From Alphaproteobacteria bacterium (GTDB taxonomy: Bacteria; Pseudomonadota; Alphaproteobacteria; CAAHEQ01; UBA3637), in assembly GCA_017466695.1 (NCBI GenBank), contig JAFTTR010000023.1:49583-113582 (forward strand): 64,000 nt of DNA. Direction: 5' to 3'. The translations under genes and the position numbers were made by a program. Positions 8,337-17,423 of the stretch are shown in pieces (within the stretch, counting starts at the first letter, position 1; each line of letters starts with the position of its first letter). The notes under the pieces were generated by a model that searched no databases, was not told the origin of the DNA, and saw nothing but the letters and a program-made list of their open reading frames with translations.

Positions 8337-11117
8337 CTAGAAGCTATATTCAAACTTACTTACACCTGAATGGTCTTGATAGTCTTTTCTAAATGTCCCA
8401 CTGTATTCAAGTTTAAGCATTGATTTTTCAGTTAAATCAATAGCAACTCCTGATTTAAGCGTTGTACTAAAACGATCAAGCGCTTCACCAGATACGGTGT
8501 ATGTTGCTCCATTAGCAAGCGTATTAAGAGCACTCACGTCATCAGAAATAACATCATATCCAAATTGGATACCTAATGAGGGTCTAACTGCACCTAATGA
8601 CCATTCACCTTTAACACCTACTAATGCTGTCAAATAATTACTTGTCGAAGACCCAACACTCGTTCCAAGCGTATCCCTATATCCTTCTTGCTTAACAGAC
8701 ATGTAGCGAAGTCCGATCTCAGGTGTAATAATTGCTTTTTTATATGCGATATCATATCCCGTCATAATTTCAGCCCCCCAAGAATCCACATTATAATTTG
8801 CAGACCCGTGAGAAGATAAAATTTGTTTTTCTTCATCATATTGGCCTCTTGAATATGAAACAAGTCCAGAAAGCCACCATTGGTTCGGTTGATATTGGAC
8901 ACTTGCAAAAGCGGTATTTGTTGTTGCTTCGGTCCTACGAGCTTCTTCTTTAGATACAGTATCCGAAAAAGCATACCCCACACCAACTGTTAATTCATCT
9001 GAAACCTTCGATTGGACACCAATAACAGCCCCTTTACTTCTTGCTTTAAAACCTTCTCCCATTGTTGATTTTGTGTGGTCATAAAGTCCTTTGATATAAA
9101 CTTTAGCTCTTGCTTTTTCTTCACCACCAGAACGACCAACTGTTGATGAGGTGGCCATTTCACCTTTAACAATCCCAAAAACAGAACCTATATGCTCAGA
9201 GGCAATAGATTGAACTGCTGACTGTTCACTTGCTCCAATAGCTGATAATGCTTTTTTAACTTTTTCTTGTGCTCCTGAAATTTCAGATAGTAATACATTC
9301 AATACCTCATCTCGAAGGGCATTAAAAGCTTCATTCGAACTGTCATTTACCATAAGAGCTTCAACTGTTTTGGCTTTATTTTCATCAATTTTAAGTGATT
9401 GTGAAAGCTCAGGTGCTGTTTTTTTGTCAATTTTATAGGAGCCATTATTTAAATCTTCAATATTAAATAATACATTCGAAGATACTTTCAAATCACTTGC
9501 TGTGTCAAAAATTTGATACTCTCCCAATTCAACATCTGGTGTCAATTTAAAAGACAATTTTGAGGTTTCACTACCCTCAACCAATCCCTTAACTTTACCA
9601 TAATCAGAATGATTGTTTAAACTAACTTTTAAAGTTCCTTCATTTTCAAGAGTAAGACTCCCTGTTTCAAGAACACTTGTTTGAATATCCAATACACCCT
9701 TATTTTTGACAATGATATCTCCTGTACCAGAAATACCTCCATTTGTTAAAAGTCCTCCTTCTACTTGAATTGTACCCACATTATGAATATCGTTAAGAAC
9801 TCCATTGGATGTATTTCGCATAAAAATGTTATCTCCTTTAAAAATCAACATCCCTTCGTTATGAATGGCACCCCCTTCAGCTATACCTTCTTTAGAAACA
9901 ACTTTATTGTCAAAAAACATACCAGAATTAACAGTTAAGTGTGCATTTGATGCGTTTGAAATAGCTCCCCCTCTTGCACTGTCAACACCTTCGGCTTTGT
10001 TACCGATAAACTGAGCTTCTAAATCCGTTATTGTTCCAATATTAGAAATAGCACCCCCTTTGGCTTCTTTAGCTTCTGCCGTGTTATACAAAAACATCCC
10101 GTGGATAAAGTCAAGAGAAATACCCTCTCCATTATAAATAGCACCCCCTTCAGCAATGCTTTCTTTAGAGATAGCCTTATTATCAATATAATCCCCTTTT
10201 AAACTAAACCCACTCGTGCCATAACCAGATCGATATTTTAAGTTAATACCACCACCTAAAGCAGTTCCTGTTTCTGAAAGGGCATAGTTACCTAAAAAAT
10301 CACCTTCTAAATCAATATCCCAACCATAAAGAAATACAGCGCCACCTCCTGCTTCACCAGAAACAGATTCAGCATAGTTACCAATAAAGTGGCTATGAAC
10401 AGGATTGCTATATCCACCATAGTTTACAAGCGCACCCCCATTGGCTCTTGTACCTCCTTTTGCCCAGTTTGCAACAAAAATAGCCTTAGGTGCTCCTAAA
10501 TTTTCTTGACTGTAAATAGCACCTCCTTGTGCCGTTCCCTCACTGAGTGCTCCATTTGCAATATAATTCCCTTCCATGCTACTTACTTCCCAACCATACA
10601 CATTACCATAGGCCCCCCCTCTGGCTGTAGAAGCTCCATTTTGAATAATATTATTCACAAAATCACCTGTAAGTGTTATCGTTCCACCATACCAATTACT
10701 ATAAGCTCCCCCTAATTGATCCTTAGTAGAAATATCAACCCATGTACCTGAAATATCACCATCTGGACTATGATATCTTGGATTTGATTTTTCTGGATCA
10801 TAATTAGCAACAATCTCTATTTCTTTTCCAAACAGCTGAACAGCATATGTTCTTGAAACTTCATCATTCCCATAACTTTTATTTTTTAAATCAATTTCAT
10901 AATATTTATTTGTTAAGGCATTCCCTCCCTTATCATATTCAGGAAGTAAAACCGCATTTTCATGTTCTGAAGAAACTTCTTTTTTAATATATGGCGACTC
11001 AGCCATTGCCGGCATTGACAAAAAGATGAACCCTAAATTTGCAAGGAGACATTTTTTAAGAACATTTAAATATCTTTTTTTAAGCTCTCTGAGTGTGGTG
11101 CGTGAAAAAGTTGTCAT
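8337..11117 (-). CDS. Autotransporter (type Va) with Pmp-like GGAI repeats, 926 aa
   Basis: Extended signal peptide, repeated GGA(I/Y)xN / F..N motifs, C-terminal beta-barrel ending KFEYSF, AGGAGG RBS. Confidence 0.88.
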   Translation of the reverse strand: MTTFSRTTLRELKKRYLNVLKKCLLANLGFIFLSMPAMAESPYIKKEVSSEHENAVLLPEYDKGGNALTNKYYEIDLKNKSYGNDEVSRTYAVQLFGKEIEIVANYDPEKSNPRYHSPDGDISGTWVDISTKDQLGGAYSNWYGGTITLTGDFVNNIIQNGASTARGGAYGNVYGWEVSSMEGNYIANGALSEGTAQGGAIYSQENLGAPKAIFVANWAKGGTRANGGALVNYGGYSNPVHSHFIGNYAESVSGEAGGGAVFLYGWDIDLEGDFLGNYALSETGTALGGGINLKYRSGYGTSGFSLKGDYIDNKAISKESIAEGGAIYNGEGISLDFIHGMFLYNTAEAKEAKGGAISNIGTITDLEAQFIGNKAEGVDSARGGAISNASNAHLTVNSGMFFDNKVVSKEGIAEGGAIHNEGMLIFKGDNIFMRNTSNGVLNDIHNVGTIQVEGGLLTNGGISGTGDIIVKNKGVLDIQTSVLETGSLTLENEGTLKVSLNNHSDYGKVKGLVEGSETSKLSFKLTPDVELGEYQIFDTASDLKVSSNVLFNIEDLNNGSYKIDKKTAPELSQSLKIDENKAKTVEALMVNDSSNEAFNALRDEVLNVLLSEISGAQEKVKKALSAIGASEQSAVQSIASEHIGSVFGIVKGEMATSSTVGRSGGEEKARAKVYIKGLYDHTKSTMGEGFKARSKGAVIGVQSKVSDELTVGVGYAFSDTVSKEEARRTEATTNTAFASVQYQPNQWWLSGLVSYSRGQYDEEKQILSSHGSANYNVDSWGAEIMTGYDIAYKKAIITPEIGLRYMSVKQEGYRDTLGTSVGSSTSNYLTALVGVKGEWSLGAVRPSLGIQFGYDVISDDVSALNTLANGATYTVSGEALDRFSTTLKSGVAIDLTEKSMLKLEYSGTFRKDYQDHSGVSKFEYSF

Positions 11118-11194
11118 TGGATGCCTCCTTTAAATTCTTAATGTGACTGTTACATTTCTTTGTCCTTTTGTTAATTGTGTCGAGAGGGAAAATT

Positions 11195-11219
11195 AAACGG
11201 TCGTTTTTTTTACACGTTT
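11195..11219. repeat. Left 25-bp inverted repeat (IR-L)
   Basis: AAACGGTCGTTTTTTTTACACGTTT, the exact reverse complement of 11445-11469. Confidence 0.95.
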
Positions 11220-11238
11220 GTCCCCACCCCATACTTTA

Positions 11239-11269
11239 ATTATAACACCATTTTAAAAAATCGTCCCAA
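11239..11269 (-). promoter_or_regulatory. Sigma70-type extended -10 promoter (TGnTATAAT) facing the 926-aa autotransporter
   Basis: Minus strand TGtTATAAT (TATAAT at 11244-11239) with a weak TTGGGA -35; lies between IR-L and IR-R. Confidence 0.65.
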
Positions 11270-11444
11270 ATTTTTTCAAAAAAAAGAAGTGTTTTTTTGA
11301 AATTTTCTTAAAACATATTGAAAAATAAAGACTATTTTATATGACAAAAAGTGGCAAAAATATCAAAATTTTGTATTTTTTTGTTTTTTAAGAGTAAAAA
11401 ATAGGGATAAAATGACTTAATTTCCAGCCCCCAAAAAACTCAAA

Positions 11445-11469
11445 AAACGTGTAAAAAAAACGACCGTTT
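11445..11469. repeat. Right 25-bp inverted repeat (IR-R)
   Basis: AAACGTGTAAAAAAAACGACCGTTT, the exact reverse complement of 11195-11219. Confidence 0.95.
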
Positions 11470-11535
11470 TTTTTACTCAGTTTTAAATAAAATAACTTAT
11501 TGAAAAATATAAAATATATTAACTTTTCAATCTAT

Positions 11536-11588
11536 AAAAAAACCTCCAAAATGAACTTTTAAATAAAATTCGTTCAAAATGGAGGTTT
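11536..11588 (-). terminator. Intrinsic terminator of MFS gene (long loop)
   Basis: AAACCTCCA...TGGAGGTTT stem with inner TGAAC/GTTCA pairing, followed by a T tract on the minus strand. Confidence 0.55.
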
Positions 11589-11607
11589 ATCTAGTTATGA
11601 GCAAAAT

Positions 11608-12828
11608 CTATGCATCTTGACTCTTTAATATTTTGCTTAATGGATATAAAGAAATTAAGAAAATAGATAAATACACAAAAAATGAGTTCTGTAATGAAAT
11701 ATCATCTAATAAGAATTTAAATAAAATAAGCAGACCTCCAGCAATTGAGCGAGAAATCATATTATTCACTGAAGCAACCGTTGACCTTTCTTCTGACCCC
11801 ACATATGTGTGCAATCTTGAGATATTTGCCATAGTAAAAGATAATTGAAAACCAATAACAATACAAATAAACGTTAAAAGAACAAAGCCCAAAACTGGAG
11901 ATTGGAAACGAACAACAGCTGCACAGAATAAAAACGAAATCACAAACAAAACAAATGTAACTTTACCCAACGTTTTCATTGGCAAAACACCAATTGTTTT
12001 TGGAAGCAAGATACCAGCTAATGCTCGACATCCATGATTAATAGCATAGATAACACCAAACAAAACAACAGGTATTCCAGCCGTTTTCATCAAAGGTTGA
12101 AAACTCCACACAAATACCATTGTTGTCCCAGCTAACATACCAGAATAAAACATATAATACTTAATTTTTTCATTCCGAAGTGCATTTTTAGAAATTTCAA
12201 ATAACTCTTTATATTTTGCTTTAAGTCCTTTGATGCGTTTTCGAGCAGAGGGTACTTTTGGTAAAAAGAAAAGTAAACCGATTGCAGATACATTCAAAGC
12301 AATTTCAATTGAAATTAACACAGGGAAACCATATTTTTTATATAAAATCGGCCCTACAAAAGAAGCAATGGCCGTCCCAATTGACATGCAAAAATTCATT
12401 TTACCATAGCGTTGAAGCATACGATTTGTTTTATTTTGACTTTTTAAATAATCATAAATATAACCATCAGCTACGCCGGCATAAGAGGCTTTTGAAAGTG
12501 AATATAAAACCTCCCCTGCCAAAATAATCCAATAAGCATTATTTTTAAATGGTTCAAATCCAGAAACCAAAACGGACCATAAAACCAGTCTTAACAAAAA
12601 CATTGAAAATGAAAAAACCAGCATATTCCTACGAGGGAAAATATCTCCTAAATAACCAGATGGAATTTCAAATAAAAGCGCCGTAATTGAAAATATCCCT
12701 TGGAACAAAAAGAAATCACCAGCTGTCAATCCATTTTCTTGATAGAAAAATAACAAAACTGGTAACATCAAAATTTGCGTTTGTAAAAATGTTGAAAAAT
12801 TAAATACCCTAAGTGGATTGGAAAACAT
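11608..12828 (-). CDS. MFS transporter
   Basis: About 12 TM segments; EIPSGYLGDIFPRR corresponds to MFS motif A. Confidence 0.85.
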   Translation of the reverse strand: MFSNPLRVFNFSTFLQTQILMLPVLLFFYQENGLTAGDFFLFQGIFSITALLFEIPSGYLGDIFPRRNMLVFSFSMFLLRLVLWSVLVSGFEPFKNNAYWIILAGEVLYSLSKASYAGVADGYIYDYLKSQNKTNRMLQRYGKMNFCMSIGTAIASFVGPILYKKYGFPVLISIEIALNVSAIGLLFFLPKVPSARKRIKGLKAKYKELFEISKNALRNEKIKYYMFYSGMLAGTTMVFVWSFQPLMKTAGIPVVLFGVIYAINHGCRALAGILLPKTIGVLPMKTLGKVTFVLFVISFLFCAAVVRFQSPVLGFVLLTFICIVIGFQLSFTMANISRLHTYVGSEERSTVASVNNMISRSIAGGLLILFKFLLDDISLQNSFFVYLSIFLISLYPLSKILKSQDA

Positions 12829-12925
12829 TAATCTTCTCCCTTAATTTATATTGTCCCCATAAAAAATAGCATTTTTTATACTCACTTAAAAAGTATAATA
12901 GAAGAAATCCATTTTAAAAGTCAAT

Positions 12926-12957
12926 AAAAAAAGCCCCCTTAAATAGGGCTTTTTTTT
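12926..12957 (-). terminator. Intrinsic terminator
   Basis: A-tract-AAGCCC...GGGCTT-T-tract downstream of the DUF465 gene. Confidence 0.7.
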
Positions 12958-12966
12958 ATTTTATAA

Positions 12967-13140
12967 TTATTTGCTTTCAATTGCTTCAATTTCTTGTTTT
13001 ACAGCCAATTTTTGCTTTTTATATTCTTGAATTTTCAAGCTATCTGGTAAAGGACGAGCTTCTTCTTCAGCTAATTTTGCATCTAATTCTGCATGTTTAT
13101 CTTTTAAAGCTTTTAAATGTTTTTCGATTTTATCCATCAT
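12967..13140 (-). CDS. DUF465/YdcH-family small coiled-coil protein
   Basis: L..KHAELD..L.EE..RP.PD...I...KKQKLAVK.EI pattern; GGAG RBS before ATG 13140. Confidence 0.8.
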   Translation of the reverse strand: MMDKIEKHLKALKDKHAELDAKLAEEEARPLPDSLKIQEYKKQKLAVKQEIEAIESK

Positions 13141-13215
13141 AAACTCCTTTGTTACATATCTTAGTATAATGCTTTTTTTTATGAAAAGCAAGTATCATGA
13201 AAAATATTTTTATGC

Positions 13216-14304
13216 TTACTCGCCGATATAAACACCTAATGCACGTGCTGTTTTAACAAGTGATCCTTCTGGATCCACAGGTGTATTTGCAATTTTTAAC
13301 ACAGTATTTAAATCCATATCTGTTACTTCACCATCTTGATAAGCAACCACACGATTGTTTTCACCCTTTTCAATCAATTCAACAGCACGAACAGCAAAAC
13401 GAGCAGCTAACAAACGATCACCTGGAACAGGAACTCCTGCTCTTTGAATATGACCCAAAACATTAGCTCGAACATTGAAACCATCTGCTTGCAAATGTTC
13501 AACAAAATATTGAGAAACACCTTGGAACGTTTTACCATTAGCTGCAAAAATGTGCTTCCCTTCAGGTGTTTTCACCCCTTCAGCAATCACAACTAAACCA
13601 AAACGCTTACCTGCTTTTTGAATTTCTTTTAATTTGTTGACAACGCCCTCATATGTGTATTTAACTTCTGGAATTAAAATAACGTCAGCAAAACCAGCCA
13701 CACCAGCTTCCAAAGCTAAGTGCCCTGCCCCACGCCCCATCACTTCAGCAATCATAATACGATTGTGTGATGTCGCTGTTGTTGTTAAATTATCCAAAGC
13801 ATTTGTTACAACGCCAATAGCTGTTGAAAAACCAATTGCCATATCTGTACCAGGAGCGTCATTGTCAATTGTTTTTGGAATACCAATCATTGAAATTCCA
13901 GCTACTTTACAGTATTTGCTGACAATAGCCATAGAGCCATCACCCCCAACAACAACTAAAGCAGAAATACCTAATTCTTTAACACCCTCTTTAAAACGTT
14001 CATTCAACTCTTCATCCGTTAATTCTTCAGTTGAGCCATCTGCCTTTTTTTGGATATGTGGGTTCCCAGTGTTATTTGTTCCAAGCATTGTGCCACCCAA
14101 AGCAGCATATGGAAAATCAAAATCAGCGACTTTTAAATCTCTATAACGCATTGGACGAGAGAACAACCCATCAGTTGCATCAAAAATGCCCACAACTTCC
14201 CATCCTTTTTGATTGGCAGCGAAAACAACATCTCGAATAACACTGTTCAATCCAGAACAGTCGCCACCACTTGTTAAAATACCAATTTTTTTAATATCTG
14301 TCAT
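13216..14304 (-). CDS. pfkA: ATP-dependent 6-phosphofructokinase
   Basis: TSGGDC.GLN, GGDGS (Gly rather than Asp, so ATP type), PKTIDND, EVMGR.AG, VLGHIQR. Confidence 0.9.
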   Translation of the reverse strand: MTDIKKIGILTSGGDCSGLNSVIRDVVFAANQKGWEVVGIFDATDGLFSRPMRYRDLKVADFDFPYAALGGTMLGTNNTGNPHIQKKADGSTEELTDEELNERFKEGVKELGISALVVVGGDGSMAIVSKYCKVAGISMIGIPKTIDNDAPGTDMAIGFSTAIGVVTNALDNLTTTATSHNRIMIAEVMGRGAGHLALEAGVAGFADVILIPEVKYTYEGVVNKLKEIQKAGKRFGLVVIAEGVKTPEGKHIFAANGKTFQGVSQYFVEHLQADGFNVRANVLGHIQRAGVPVPGDRLLAARFAVRAVELIEKGENNRVVAYQDGEVTDMDLNTVLKIANTPVDPEGSLVKTARALGVYIGE

Positions 14305-14325
14305 AAAATACCTCTCTTTAATAAT

Positions 14326-15060
14326 CTATAATGAAAAGTTCTTGCCTAAATATGTTCTACGGACATTTTCATCTGCAATAATTTCTTCAGGTGTTCCTTG
14401 TTTTAAAACAACCCCATCATGCAAAATATAGGCTCTATCAATGATACTTAATGTTTCCCGTACGTTATGATCCGTAATTAAAACACCAAGACCTCTGTTC
14501 TTGAGTTGACCAACCAACTCTTTAATCTCCCCAACAGCAATAGGATCAATCCCAGCCAGTGGTTCATCTAATAAAATATAAGATGGCTTTGAAGCCAAAG
14601 CACGTGCAATTTCTAAACGTCTTCTTTCCCCTCCAGACAGAGCTCTTGAAGGTGAAAATCTTAAATGTTCAATTGAAAACTCTTTTAAAAGAGAATCAAG
14701 CTCTTGTTCTCTTTTTTCTTCATTTTTTTCAACAACTTCTAAAACAGCACGAATGTTATCTTCAACATTCAACCCTCTAAAAATAGAAGCTTCTTGTGGT
14801 AAATAACCAATCCCCAATCTCGCACGGCGATACACTGGGAATGACGTAATATCAATTCCATTAAGTGTAATTTTCCCAGAGTTTGGAGCAATTAAACCTG
14901 TTACACAATAAAATGACGTTGTTTTCCCTGCTCCATTTGGGCCCAAAAGCCCAACAGCCTCCCCTTGTTGAACAGACAAAGACACGTCTTTTAAAACAGT
15001 CCTTTTTTTATAATTCTTACTCAAATTTGAAATCACAAGTCCGCGTTGCGGTACAATCAT
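14326..15060 (-). CDS. lptB: LPS export ABC ATPase
   Basis: GPNGAGKTT, YLPQEASIF, LSGGERRR, LLDEP.AG.DP, ITDHNVRETL. Confidence 0.95.
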   Translation of the reverse strand: MIVPQRGLVISNLSKNYKKRTVLKDVSLSVQQGEAVGLLGPNGAGKTTSFYCVTGLIAPNSGKITLNGIDITSFPVYRRARLGIGYLPQEASIFRGLNVEDNIRAVLEVVEKNEEKREQELDSLLKEFSIEHLRFSPSRALSGGERRRLEIARALASKPSYILLDEPLAGIDPIAVGEIKELVGQLKNRGLGVLITDHNVRETLSIIDRAYILHDGVVLKQGTPEEIIADENVRRTYLGKNFSL

Positions 15061-16430
15061 TTATCCTCACTTTCATTTTCAAAATCAGCTGGAATTAAAC
15101 TACCTGTTATCCGATTTTGTGTTTCAGCATCATAAGATTTTAATGAACTGATACCCGTCTTTAAATTCATATTTGCCCATTTACCATTTAACACACTATT
15201 TCCTTGATGTAAAGAAACATTATCATAAATATCAATCATTTCAGTTTTAGGGTTATATACACCATAGTTTCCTTGAATGCGCTGGACTCCATTTGAAGCT
15301 TTTACATGCCCAAGTGCAACGATTTTTTCAATCTCTTGGTCATTTGAGGCTGTTTCTTTATAAAAAACATACATCTTGTCAGCTAAAATCAATTGATTTC
15401 CTTCTTTTACCAATGCATCTTTGTTTAAATAAACAAGCTGATTTAAGTTTTTGGGAATTTCAACAAATTGATATTTTTTTAACGATTGAATAACATCTAA
15501 TATATCTTGAGCTTCTTTAAATAAAATAATTTCTTCTGCTTGAACCGTCTTTTTTTGCTCAAATGCTTGCGCTTTTTTATAGGCTCTTACTTTAACAAGA
15601 ACTGTTTTATTATAAGAATCCTTTTTGTGCGTTAAAGTAATTTCTTCAGCTCGAATATGGTCATTTTTTTGATAAATATGGGCATTTTGAACAGCTGTAA
15701 TCGTATTTAAAGCCTGATCAACAATAAGCCCATTTTCACTTGTGATTAAAATATTATTTTTATTCTTTTTAAAATAAGCGTCTTGATCTTTAAAATCCAA
15801 TCCGGCAATTGCTTCTATTTTCTTTTCTTTATCAAACAAAAGTGTTTTTGTCTTCCCTTTAAAATCAATTTTTTCCCCTTTGTTTGTTACAAAAAAGCCT
15901 TTTGCTTGAAGCATTCCTGCAACCCCTTTGATAAAAACATTATTATCACTTGAAATCGTGTTCTTATCATAATCATAGACAACCTTTGTTGAAAGTGCTT
16001 CATACCCTGTATCTGTTGAAGTATTAATTTCATCTTCAAAATAAAGATATTTTTCATTTTGAAAAGCAAGCGCATAAGGGCTAATAGAGGTTAATTTCAT
16101 CCCATCAGATGTTTGATAAGTCGCTTTTGGATTATTTAATTTTAAAATCTTTTTGGCTGAATCAATTTCTTGAACCGTTTCAGCAACTACATTTAAAGGA
16201 TTGTTGCGCTTGTCTTTTGAGAAAAATTGAACATCTTCCATATCAACGCCCCCCCCTTGTTTTACATTCAAGGATGGAACAGCAACTGAAAACTTCTCTT
16301 TTTCTTCCACAAAAGCAGGCCAAACTAACATCGTTGACGCCAATAAAAATGCAAAAATAGGCAAACACCGTTTAAACATAAACACACGGCGAGAATGAAT
16401 TTTGATTTTTAATAGGCGAAGTGTAAACAT
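15057..16430 (-). CDS. Fused LptC-LptA LPS bridge protein
   Basis: N-terminal HSRRV...LP + TM + LptC-like beta-jellyroll; C-terminal LptA/OstA-like repeats (IRAEEI, LADKM, IQGNYGVY, LHQGNSVLNG); single ORF between kdsD and lptB. Confidence 0.78.
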   Translation of the reverse strand: MFTLRLLKIKIHSRRVFMFKRCLPIFAFLLASTMLVWPAFVEEKEKFSVAVPSLNVKQGGGVDMEDVQFFSKDKRNNPLNVVAETVQEIDSAKKILKLNNPKATYQTSDGMKLTSISPYALAFQNEKYLYFEDEINTSTDTGYEALSTKVVYDYDKNTISSDNNVFIKGVAGMLQAKGFFVTNKGEKIDFKGKTKTLLFDKEKKIEAIAGLDFKDQDAYFKKNKNNILITSENGLIVDQALNTITAVQNAHIYQKNDHIRAEEITLTHKKDSYNKTVLVKVRAYKKAQAFEQKKTVQAEEIILFKEAQDILDVIQSLKKYQFVEIPKNLNQLVYLNKDALVKEGNQLILADKMYVFYKETASNDQEIEKIVALGHVKASNGVQRIQGNYGVYNPKTEMIDIYDNVSLHQGNSVLNGKWANMNLKTGISSLKSYDAETQNRITGSLIPADFENESEDK

Positions 16431-16442
16431 GAAAGTCCCCTT

Positions 16443-17414
16443 TTAAGCAACACCAACTTGTAACAACAAATGCATGGTTAAAAGCCCCATTGGTTTCATA
16501 TCCCCATCAATAACAAAAAGATTTGTAATTTTCTTTTCATTCATCAAACGAAGAACTTCAACACAAAGCATATCTCCTACAACCGTTTTAGGATTTTTTG
16601 TCATAATGTCAAAAGCTGTTTTATTAATCAAATCATTCCCCATATGGCGACGCAAGTCCCCATCTGTAATCATCCCAATTAACTCACCAGCCTCATTTAA
16701 AACCCCTAAGCAACCCCAACTTTTTGCCGTCATAACAACGAGAGCTTCTGACATGGGCGTATTGGCCATAACTAAAGGCATTTCTTCCCCTTTAACCATA
16801 ACATCACGCCCTCTTAATAAAACATTCCCAAGTTTTCCACCAGGGTGTCTGTCATGAAACTCTTCAACTGAAAAACCTTTTTGTTCAATTAAGGCGACAG
16901 CTAAGGCATCCCCAACGGCCAAAGTTGTTGTTGTAGATGTTGTAGGAGCTAACCCGAGAGGACAAGCCTCTGGTGCTGTTTTTTTATCTGGAATTAAAAG
17001 TGTTAAATCAGCAGCTCTTGCCATTGAACTTTCCATCACACTTGTAATTGCAATCATAGGAATACCAAAACGTCTGGAATATGAAATAATATCAGCCATT
17101 TCTTTACTCTCACCCGAGTTTGAAATGGCCAACAATAAATCATCTTTTGTCAACATCCCTAAATCGCCATGGCTTGCTTCCCCTGGATGAACAAAAAAAG
17201 CAGGCGTTCCTGTTGAGGCAAGAGTTGCTGCAATTTTTTGACCAATGTGACCACTTTTCCCCATACCAGAAACAATGATACGACCCTTAATTTGCATCAT
17301 CTTTTCAACAGCTTGCACAAATGCATCTGAAAAATTTTTCTTCAAAACTTCAAGACCATAAATTTCTCTATCTATAACTTGACAAGCACTTTTTATTAAC
17401 GCTTCTTTATTCAT
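16443..17414 (-). CDS. kdsD: Arabinose-5-phosphate isomerase (SIS + CBS)
   Basis: GMGKSGHIG, HPGEASHGDLG, APTTSTT, HPGGKLG, tandem CBS domains. Confidence 0.93.
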   Translation of the reverse strand: MNKEALIKSACQVIDREIYGLEVLKKNFSDAFVQAVEKMMQIKGRIIVSGMGKSGHIGQKIAATLASTGTPAFFVHPGEASHGDLGMLTKDDLLLAISNSGESKEMADIISYSRRFGIPMIAITSVMESSMARAADLTLLIPDKKTAPEACPLGLAPTTSTTTTLAVGDALAVALIEQKGFSVEEFHDRHPGGKLGNVLLRGRDVMVKGEEMPLVMANTPMSEALVVMTAKSWGCLGVLNEAGELIGMITDGDLRRHMGNDLINKTAFDIMTKNPKTVVGDMLCVEVLRLMNEKKITNLFVIDGDMKPMGLLTMHLLLQVGVA

Positions 17415-17423
17415 TTTCCCTCC

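Noticed and set aside
11195-11469. Alternative reading as a MITE/IS remnant
   Set aside because: There is no target-site duplication at the outer ends and no transposase fragment, and the interior is a promoter module shared with another gene. Considered less likely but not excluded.
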